From the IMG/VR virus record IMGVR_UViG_3300034031_000009, positions 1 to 64,000 of that record: a stretch of DNA of 64,000 bases; one strand, given 5' to 3'. Positions 25,681-31,992 of this stretch are shown piece after piece. The translations under genes and the position numbers were made by a program. The notes under the pieces were generated by a model. The model searched no databases and was not told the origin of the DNA. It saw nothing but the letters and a program-made list of their open reading frames with translations. Within the stretch, counting starts at the first letter, position 1. The number at the start of each line of letters is the position of its first letter. This stretch comes from a virus.

Positions 25681-25775
25681 CCTGTCTCATACGTTCCCAT
25701 ATTGCATCTGGACAGCCCGCGCCTGACTGCTAAACCTACCACGGTTTCTACAGCAGCAGAGGGACGGCCTACAAC

Positions 25776-26960
25776 ATGCTCACCGATACCGAGATTAAGC
25801 AGACTCCGACCCCAGAGGCCGTCAAGAAGATGGCTGATGGGGGTGGTCTTTATATTGAGCTGTCCCCTGCCGGCACGCGGACCTGGCGATGGGCGTTCCG
25901 ACACTGTGGCAAGCAAAAGACGCTGACGATCGGTGCCTACCCGAAGGTCACGCTTGCCCAAGCGCGCAAGGCCCGCGATCTAGCTCGGGAGCGATTGAAG
26001 GACGGGGTCGACCCTGTGATCGAACGCCAGCAGCAACGCGAACGCGCCATGGCGGCGGCTGGAACGACGTTCGAGGACATCGGCCGTGAGTGGCAAAATA
26101 AACGGAAGCAGGAGGATCTGTCTGACTCGGCGTACCGCAAGGATAAGCAGTTGCTCGACCATCACGCTTATCCGGCAATCGGGCCGCGACCCATCAACAC
26201 GATCACGCCGCCGGAAATCCTGACGCTACTGCGTCGCGTCGAGGTCCGGGGTCATGTTCACACTGCGAAGCGTCTGCGCTCCACCCTATCGCGGGTGTTT
26301 CGTTATGGCGTTGCGACCGGGCGCTGTGATCGCGATCCCGCTGCGGACCTGGTGGGCGCGCTTGTGACGAAGAAAACAGTGCATCATCCCGCACTGTTCG
26401 ATCCGAAGGAAATCGGCGCCCTGGTGCGCGCCATGGACGGATACGAAGGTAAGTTGGTTCGCTTGGCAATGCTGATCCAGCTTCACACCTTCGTTCGGCC
26501 GGGGGAACTGCGGAAGGCCATGTGGTCCGAGTTCGACTTGGATACCGCAATTTGGAGGATTTCCGGCGCACGCATGAAAATGCGACGGGACCACATCGTA
26601 CCATTGTCGCCGCAGGTCGTTACGATGTTGCGCGAGCTGCAAGAATTGAGCGGGTACGGGCACTGGCTGTTTCCGTCGATGCTTGGCAGCAAGATTTGCA
26701 TGTCGGATGCCACCGTCAACGCAGCGCTGCGGCGTCTCGGGTACGGTCGCGACCGGGTGGTCGGCCACGGGTTCCGCAGAACCGCCAGCACGATTCTAAA
26801 CGAGAGCGGACTGTGGTCGGTGGATTCGGTCGAGCTTCAGTTGGCCCACGTCGACGGCTCTGTGAGGGGAATTTACAATGCTGCATTGCGTCTCGACGAG
26901 CGCACCAAAATGATGTCCTGGTACAGCGATTGGCTCAATGAGCAAGCCGCTAAAGTCTAG
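25776..26960 (+). CDS. int: Tyrosine integrase, P4-type (DUF4102-like N-terminus), 394 aa
   Basis: N-terminus LTDTEIKQ...GGGLYIELSPAGTRTWRWAFR...TLTIGAYP. Catalytic HGFRRT, LAHV and terminal Y (IYNAA). Confidence 0.9.
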   Translation: MLTDTEIKQTPTPEAVKKMADGGGLYIELSPAGTRTWRWAFRHCGKQKTLTIGAYPKVTLAQARKARDLARERLKDGVDPVIERQQQRERAMAAAGTTFEDIGREWQNKRKQEDLSDSAYRKDKQLLDHHAYPAIGPRPINTITPPEILTLLRRVEVRGHVHTAKRLRSTLSRVFRYGVATGRCDRDPAADLVGALVTKKTVHHPALFDPKEIGALVRAMDGYEGKLVRLAMLIQLHTFVRPGELRKAMWSEFDLDTAIWRISGARMKMRRDHIVPLSPQVVTMLRELQELSGYGHWLFPSMLGSKICMSDATVNAALRRLGYGRDRVVGHGFRRTASTILNESGLWSVDSVELQLAHVDGSVRGIYNAALRLDERTKMMSWYSDWLNEQAAKV

Positions 26961-27492
26961 TCCGGCGCGGGGTGTTGAGGTAGGTGAACATCGTCATCAG
27001 CACCTCGATCGTCAGATAGGACGGACGACCAGGAGACCCGATCCGTTCAATATCGGGATTGGAGTCGATCGCCCGTTTGACGGTTCCAGTGCTGTAGCCT
27101 GTTGCGACCGCGATCTGCGGGATACGGGAGAACTTGCGCAGGCGACTTCGCACGATGAAGCCGTAGGCGAATGCGGCAAATTGCACCTCCGTCTCGCGGA
27201 GCATGTCGCGGAAACTACCTTGCCGCTTTCCGGATCGTCGCAGGATCGCAGTGAGGTTTGGCACGAACTTGTTCAGCAGCAGGCCACCCTGGCTTTTGAT
27301 GCCATATCTCTGGATCAACTCGCACTCATGCTTGAGGGCGTCGATCTCCTCGAAGTGAGATGTAAAGGTGACGCTCAGTTCCTCCGCTCGCGGAAAGTCC
27401 GGGCGGCCCAGGTGCAACAGAAAGCGATCCCCAACGCCTTTCCCGACGTAGCACGGCACCCCATTGGCGCGGAAGGTGTAAACATAGAACAT
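26950..27492 (-). CDS. GIY-YIG domain protein with a C-terminal HTH-like region (180 aa)
   Basis: FYVYTF...GVPCYVGKGVGDRFLLH matches a GIY-YIG core. Convergent with int, with an 11-bp overlap. Locally lower GC by eye. Confidence 0.7.
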   Translation of the reverse strand: MFYVYTFRANGVPCYVGKGVGDRFLLHLGRPDFPRAEELSVTFTSHFEEIDALKHECELIQRYGIKSQGGLLLNKFVPNLTAILRRSGKRQGSFRDMLRETEVQFAAFAYGFIVRSRLRKFSRIPQIAVATGYSTGTVKRAIDSNPDIERIGSPGRPSYLTIEVLMTMFTYLNTPRRTRL

Positions 27493-27535
27493 ATCTCATG
27501 CCGCCCATACCTATCCATAGCGGTCCTGTCCAGAC

Positions 27536-27564
27536 TGGACATTCACTTAAAAGGTGATTATGAG
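27536..27564 (+). promoter_or_regulatory. Promoter of alpA-type gene 1
   Basis: TGGACA-N17-TATGAG. The core AAAAGGTGATTAT is shared with the upstream region of the second alpA-type gene (32025-32038). Confidence 0.45.
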
Positions 27565-27591
27565 CGCACCCGGTTGAAGGAGTAATGTCCC

Positions 27592-27783
27592 ATGAGCAAG
27601 CGAACGGAGTTTTGGCGCATCAATATGGTGATCGCCGTGGTCGGACTATCTCGCAGCGAGATTTATCGGAGAGTCGCTGCCGGCACGTTTCCGCAGCCAC
27701 GGAAATACAGCGGCGGCAGCACCGCGAGTTTTTGGGTCTCTGACGAGATCCACCAGTGGCAGCGCCAGCAGCTAGACGGCTGA
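27592..27783 (+). CDS. alpA: AlpA-family HTH protein (63 aa), candidate excisionase/regulator
   Basis: LSRSEIYRRVAAGTFPQPRKYSGGSTASFWVSDEIHQWQ matches the AlpA/Xis-type signature. AAGGAG SD. Confidence 0.85.
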   Translation: MSKRTEFWRINMVIAVVGLSRSEIYRRVAAGTFPQPRKYSGGSTASFWVSDEIHQWQRQQLDG

Positions 27784-27803
27784 TTGGCGACCCGCGCAGG
27801 GTT

Positions 27804-28055
27804 CTAAAGTCGGCCGCAGCGATTAGGCTCGCCGTGTGCGTCCGCGTAGCAAACCCCGGCTTCATCGCATCCGACGCCCATGTTGCACGGCTTGGTCGGA
27901 AGCAGTGCCTCCAACGATCCTACAACACCGACCTCAAAGAAGCCGTCCTCGACGGCTTGGGCGTGGATCGCTTCGATAGTCCACCCTTCGCCGATCTTCT
28001 GCTCAAGGTACGATTCCTCGAACCCTGCATCGCGGAGTTCCTGGTAGAGCGTCAT
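27804..28055 (-). CDS. Hypothetical acidic protein (83 aa)
   Basis: Start at MTLYQELR, with ATGA overlap with 28052..28315. Confidence 0.55.
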   Translation of the reverse strand: MTLYQELRDAGFEESYLEQKIGEGWTIEAIHAQAVEDGFFEVGVVGSLEALLPTKPCNMGVGCDEAGVCYADAHGEPNRCGRL

Positions 28056-28315
28056 GCCTGGTTCAGCCCGAATGCGCCGGCCTCCGCACAGCGGACGCAC
28101 GCCTTGTCCAGCATGAAGTCGACCAGGGTGTTCCCCTGTTCATCTTCCTTGCGCAATTCGTGCAGCAGTTCGATCGCGAACGTGTCACCGTCGACCACCT
28201 CGATATTGTGCTCCCCATAGTGACGATCGAACGCGATCGCAGCGGCGTGGGGAACGGCATCTACAGGCACGCGGATCACGATCTCGCCGCCTTCCAATTC
28301 AACCAATCGTCTCAT
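28052..28315 (-). CDS. Hypothetical protein (87 aa; alternative start 28321)
   Basis: Leader GTCGCCATAAGGAGGATGAAGATG. The second ATG has proper SD spacing. Confidence 0.6.
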   Translation of the reverse strand: MRRLVELEGGEIVIRVPVDAVPHAAAIAFDRHYGEHNIEVVDGDTFAIELLHELRKEDEQGNTLVDFMLDKACVRCAEAGAFGLNQA

Positions 28316-28414
28316 CTTCATCCTCCTTATGGCGACGGGCGCAGGGTTCTAATCGCGACGGCGGTGCCCATACGCCCAACCCTCGTCAGCGCTCCATTAC
28401 GCAAAGCAGTCGCA

Positions 28415-28675
28415 TCATCGCTCGCGTCCCGGAGCCAAACCGTAGAAGCCCTTCCAGTCCTCCGGATATTCGGAGCCGGACTTCTCGGTAGTGTCGACGG
28501 TTTGAAGCAGTCGCAACAGAGTTTCCAGCGGCATGGTGATCGTCTCGAAACCGATCTGAAGTGTGATTTTCCGACCGCGATGAGAACGGCTCTCCAGCGG
28601 GTCAACGTCATGGTCGATAGCTGCACGGCGACCGTCCTCGCCGTGCATCTCGATTGTGATTTTCTGCACTTTCAT
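28415..28675 (-). CDS. Hypothetical protein (86 aa)
   Basis: Start at MKVQKITIE, with AAAGGA SD. The competing ORF 28327..28626 looks like an Arg-rich shadow ORF. Confidence 0.5.
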   Translation of the reverse strand: MKVQKITIEMHGEDGRRAAIDHDVDPLESRSHRGRKITLQIGFETITMPLETLLRLLQTVDTTEKSGSEYPEDWKGFYGLAPGRER

Positions 28676-28755
28676 TTCGGTCCTTTCAGTTTGCAGGCAT
28701 CGCAGGCCGACTCGTCGCCGTCGTCGCGGATCGAAGCGATGAATTGGACTTTCAT
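28672..28755 (-). CDS. Micro-ORF (27 aa) coupled at both ends
   Basis: MKVQFIASIRDDGDESACDACKLKGPK. TGATG overlap upstream and ATGA overlap downstream. The N-terminus resembles the next gene (MKVQKITIEMHGEDG). Confidence 0.35.
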   Translation of the reverse strand: MKVQFIASIRDDGDESACDACKLKGPK

Positions 28756-28898
28756 CACCCCAACACCCAGACAGCGACACCCGTGATTGTGATTAAAGCA
28801 AGCATCGCTACGATGTGATGCCAGCTAATCTCATTGTCGGCCAAGGGTACTCCGATGAGGAGCAAATTGCGGGTGCGTTCGCATTCTTTATCGTCCAT
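28755..28898 (-). CDS. Small membrane-anchored protein (47 aa)
   Basis: MDDKECERTRNLLLIGVPLADNEISWHHIVAMLALITITGVAVWVLG. Leader GTCGCCAAAGGAGAATGAAGATG. Confidence 0.5.
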   Translation of the reverse strand: MDDKECERTRNLLLIGVPLADNEISWHHIVAMLALITITGVAVWVLG

Positions 28899-28948
28899 CT
28901 TCATTCTCCTTTGGCGACTCGTTGCGGTGGTCGAACTGTTCTCGGGAG

Positions 28949-29221
28949 TCACCCCGGATGGTTGGGGTTCTCCAACATCTCTTCCAGCACACCGTTGCCG
29001 ATCGGACACCCGAGGGCGTGCATCGCGAACGGCAGGCTTACCCAGCGGACCAGGCAGAACGGACATTCGTCGCTGACCTGCATGGCTTCCTCAACCAGTG
29101 CCACGGTGATGTCAGGAAATGCCGTGCGAGCCTCGGCATTGCTCATACCGCCGTAGCGCACGAGGTCGTCGATCAGATCGTCGTAACCAACCTCGGTGAT
29201 GCGGGTTTTTGAGTCAGTCAT
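28949..29221 (-). CDS. Small Cys/His-containing protein (90 aa)
   Basis: ORF track; CPFC...H..GC pattern. No SD of its own; preceded by an 11-codon uORF that carries the SD. Confidence 0.55.
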   Translation of the reverse strand: MTDSKTRITEVGYDDLIDDLVRYGGMSNAEARTAFPDITVALVEEAMQVSDECPFCLVRWVSLPFAMHALGCPIGNGVLEEMLENPNHPG

Positions 29222-29282
29222 CGGCGCCGTTGTCCCAGGGCATCATCATTCTCCTTTGGCGACGAGTGCAGCCGCTATAGAC

Positions 29283-29705
29283 TCACTCGGTAGCGGGCGT
29301 CTCGTCGTCCGGCTCTACAACATCGCTACCACTGATGGTCTCGCCGTTGCGCGTCGCGGCAAACAAGGATGGCGTGACGAACGTGTGCCGCCACTTATCG
29401 CACCACTGGTCGAGCAGCGCTTGTAGTTCGGCGTCAGCCTCCTTGATGACCTCCGGCTTGCCATTGCGATCCGGGTCATTGCCGTCATCGTAGGAGAACA
29501 GATCGTCCGCCTCGAAATACTGCGACTCGATCAGAACATCGGCGCTGAATGAGAGGGATTGCGGCATCGCTTCAACGATGCAGAACGTCTCGCCAGGATA
29601 CTCGGCCTTGCCCTCGGCAATCGCGTCTTCACGGCTCGCCAGCGGACCCGTGCTATACCATTCTTCGTTAGAGCCGACCCACCAGCCCCATGTCGGTTTC
29701 GTCAT
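29283..29705 (-). CDS. Hypothetical acidic protein (140 aa)
   Basis: Start at MTKPTWGWW, with GGAGGA SD. The C-terminus SGSDVVEPDDETPATE is shared with the next gene upstream. Confidence 0.6.
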   Translation of the reverse strand: MTKPTWGWWVGSNEEWYSTGPLASREDAIAEGKAEYPGETFCIVEAMPQSLSFSADVLIESQYFEADDLFSYDDGNDPDRNGKPEVIKEADAELQALLDQWCDKWRHTFVTPSLFAATRNGETISGSDVVEPDDETPATE

Positions 29706-29749
29706 TTCATTTCCTCCAATTATAAGACCGTTGCGGTCGCCCGCGCGGC

Positions 29750-30088
29750 TCACTCGGCAGCGGGCGCCTCGGCGGGAGCGGCTACAACATCGCTACCACT
29801 GCGTTCCAACGTATCGGTGACGAAGCGGCTGAACAGTTGCGCGGCGCTTTCGCCCATGTGCGCCATGATGTCGTTGTCGAACACCATCGAGAATGTGATC
29901 TTTCCTTCTGTGCCGTCGAAGTTCCGGTGGCGCACGGCCTCCAGCCGCATCGGGCCAGCGCGCATCTCGGCCACGAGTTGCACGGCCTTCGCAGCACGCA
30001 GCTTCTTGCGCGTCTCCCGATGTTCGGCGCGTTCCTTGCCGAGTTGTGCGTTCAGTTCATCGACTTGGATGGAAACAGGGTCGGTCAT
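29750..30088 (-). CDS. Hypothetical protein (112 aa) with a coiled-coil-like N-terminus
   Basis: ORF track; leader GTCGCCAAATTATCCACGAAAGGAA. C-terminus SGSDVVAAPAEAPAAE. Confidence 0.6.
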   Translation of the reverse strand: MTDPVSIQVDELNAQLGKERAEHRETRKKLRAAKAVQLVAEMRAGPMRLEAVRHRNFDGTEGKITFSMVFDNDIMAHMGESAAQLFSRFVTDTLERSGSDVVAAPAEAPAAE

Positions 30089-30144
30089 CTTGCAATTCCT
30101 TTCGTGGATAATTTGGCGACTGATGAGGGGATCTAACGGGGGAG

Positions 30145-30189
30145 GGCGTTATGGGGATTCCCATGTCGGCCCTCCAACACCGCTACAAC
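30145..30189 (-). promoter_or_regulatory. M-box plus hairpin module (minus strand)
   Basis: Reverse complement reads GTTGTAGCGGTGTTGGAG-ggccga-CATGGGAATCCCCATAACGCC. Confidence 0.75.
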
Positions 30190-30190
30190 G

Positions 30191-30619
30191 TCAATCCTGC
30201 CAGACGTAGCCCTGCTGCGGCACGTCACCTACGCGCTCCTCGGGTTTGATGTCAGCCGCGAAGATGAAATCGACACGATCGCCGGTCATGTTCCGCGAGG
30301 CGCGCTTGTTCTCGATGAACTGGTCGAGTGGAATGTAGCGACCCTCGCCGTAGCGGTTGTCCGGCTCCTCGACATATCCCTTGGCCTCGGAACTGTAGCG
30401 GCAGCCACGATCGTATGCCGTCGCTTCTGCCAGTGTTTCTTCCTCGCTGATCGAGTAGTCGTCGCCGCAGCAGGTGCAGGTGACGCGCTCGGGGTTGTGG
30501 CCGAAGCGGTTGTAGAAGATCACCTTGGCCTCGGCCTCGGGAGCCTCGATATACAGGTACTCGAAATCTTCTTTCGAGCTACCGCCCGAGTGCATGTCCA
30601 TGAACCGAGTCCAAACCAC
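30191..30619 (-). CDS. Hypothetical phage protein (142 aa, GTG start)
   Basis: GAAGGGAGA SD. Motif MDMHSGG...YIEA...CTCCGDDY resembles a recurrent phage hypothetical family. Confidence 0.6.
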   Translation of the reverse strand: MVWTRFMDMHSGGSSKEDFEYLYIEAPEAEAKVIFYNRFGHNPERVTCTCCGDDYSISEEETLAEATAYDRGCRYSSEAKGYVEEPDNRYGEGRYIPLDQFIENKRASRNMTGDRVDFIFAADIKPEERVGDVPQQGYVWQD

Positions 30620-30654
30620 CGTTCTTCTCCCTTCGTGCAATGATGTTGCGACTC

Positions 30655-30684
30655 GGGGATAGGACTTTCAACCTATGCTGTCAA
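30655..30684 (-). promoter_or_regulatory. Sigma70-like promoter (minus strand), twin of 20156-20183
   Basis: Reverse complement reads GGTTGACAG-cataGGTTGAAAGTCC-TATCCC. Confidence 0.5.
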
Positions 30685-30768
30685 CCGAAAGTTGAATGGA
30701 GATTTGGCGACCCTATGGGTCCACCGCCGTCAGAGGGGAAACGGGGAAAATCGCGGCGATCCTACAAC

Positions 30769-31644
30769 TCAGATACCACACCATCCCGCTTCGCAGCCGG
30801 GCTGCGGTTCGTCTAAGTCGTCAACCGGATCGCCGAGCAGCGCGTCAAACTCGTCGGTGTCGGGCGCACGGTACTTCCCCTTGCCGCTTTGCGCCCACTT
30901 CACAACTTCGCGGATGCCGACTGCGCCCATGCGGTTAGCTGGCCGAAACAGCGCGCCCCGGATCTTGCCGTTCTTCGTGCGTGGCCCTTTGATCCCCATT
31001 TCGATCTCAAGGGCTTCGATCTCAGCGATCCGCTCCTCATCCTCGGCCAGCAGTTTCAGGTCGGCCTTGTTCGAGTTGATGCAGGGGAAGCACTCCATCG
31101 ACCGGTGCGGCAGCGGCTCGACTCCGGCGCGCACGAGAAAGGCGTCGCGTGTCTCAGCAGTCCACTCGGCCATGGGCGCGAGCATGACGCGACCGCCATG
31201 GCTGTTGCTGTTCGCGTTGAAGATAGGGAAGCTCTTGCGGTCGATCCCTTCCTCGCGCCTCACGCCCACCAAGCAGACCGCGCGCTTGTCAGGGTCGTTC
31301 TCGGCCAACCAGCGTTCACCAGGCTCGATCTTGAGGATGCCCGAGCACCACTGAACCATCTGCGTCGGGAAGGCTTTCTTCTGCCGGGCCAAGCCGACGA
31401 ACCCGATCGAGGACGTTCTGGCAGTGCGGAACCCGAGGCCGCGCGTCCATGCTTCCAGTTTCTCGACGCGCTCGGCCCATAGCCGCGCCGCCCAGCCGGT
31501 GTCTGAATAAACGCAGACCACGTCCCGCAAGCCCTGGTCGTGTGCCCACTGAATGAGCGCCACCGAGTCGTTGCCGTAGCTGGTGAAGATGACGAAGCGG
31601 GGTCGCATCGGCACGTCGCCGAGTAGGGCATCGAAATCATCCAT
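30769..31644 (-). CDS. PAPS reductase / DndC-like family protein (291 aa)
   Basis: N-terminal PP-loop-like FTSYGNDSVAL and C-terminal Cys motifs (ECFPC, CEAGWCG). DDFDALLG occurs at both termini. Confidence 0.7.
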   Translation of the reverse strand: MDDFDALLGDVPMRPRFVIFTSYGNDSVALIQWAHDQGLRDVVCVYSDTGWAARLWAERVEKLEAWTRGLGFRTARTSSIGFVGLARQKKAFPTQMVQWCSGILKIEPGERWLAENDPDKRAVCLVGVRREEGIDRKSFPIFNANSNSHGGRVMLAPMAEWTAETRDAFLVRAGVEPLPHRSMECFPCINSNKADLKLLAEDEERIAEIEALEIEMGIKGPRTKNGKIRGALFRPANRMGAVGIREVVKWAQSGKGKYRAPDTDEFDALLGDPVDDLDEPQPGCEAGWCGI

Positions 31645-31926
31645 GGGCGGACCCTAGCCCTTCTGGCGTGTTTAATCAACTTCTTGGTGAAACCACCGCC
31701 TACAACGCCGATACAACAGCCAATCTCAACGGCTTAACGCCGAAACCGACCAACATCGGCGACTTATGCAGGAACAAAGAGGGCGGCGACGGTGTCCCCA
31801 CTGGCATGGGTGAAAAACGTCGCCGCCCAGTTGCGTGTCGATGGTGTCTTTAGCGCCAGCCGAGAACCACCGAACCTCCTTCGCGGGGGAGACCGCAAGA
31901 ACGTCGCCCGGCAGCGCGGGTTCTCA

Positions 31927-31953
31927 GAAAAAAAGACCCCGACGAAGCGGGGC
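31927..31953 (-). terminator. Promoter-proximal intrinsic terminator (minus strand)
   Basis: Reverse complement reads CCCCG-cttcgt-CGGGG followed by TCTTTTTTTC. Confidence 0.5.
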
Positions 31954-31986
31954 CAAGGTGAGGGAGGGTCAGCGGGGAAGCGCTAA
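31927..31986 (-). ncRNA. Candidate ~60-nt C/U-rich small RNA or attenuated leader
   Basis: Lies between the promoter at 31993-32023 and the terminator. Contains CUUCCCCGCUGACCCUCCCUCACC, an anti-SD-like tract. Confidence 0.3.
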
Positions 31987-31992
31987 CGAGAC

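Noticed and set aside
24706-25733. ORFs of 60-92 aa inside the int-proximal non-coding locus (24706..24888, 24806..24991, 25065..25343, 25232..25477, 25478..25690, 25527..25733)
   Set aside because: They are Arg/Pro/Ser-rich, have no SD, overlap one another and coincide with long inverted repeats. None looks like a real protein.
24697-25775. tRNA or tmRNA gene as the integration target next to the P4-type integrase
   Set aside because: I could not find a T-arm/acceptor pattern (GGTTCGA(A/G)TCC ... CCA) or a cloverleaf on either strand. GGTTCGAGG near 25498 (minus strand) has no matching stem.
20199-31717. M-box as a conserved peptide motif or as a Shine-Dalgarno sequence (it contains GGAG)
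   Set aside because: It is read in three different frames, or across a stop codon, in different copies. It also lies 60-100 nt from the next start codon, and no start codon follows at SD distance.
31792-31986. 64-aa plus-strand ORF in the PAPS-reductase/alpA2 intergenic region
   Set aside because: It has no SD and a basic low-complexity sequence. It overlaps the predicted minus-strand terminator and small transcript, and the region is more plausibly regulatory or cos.
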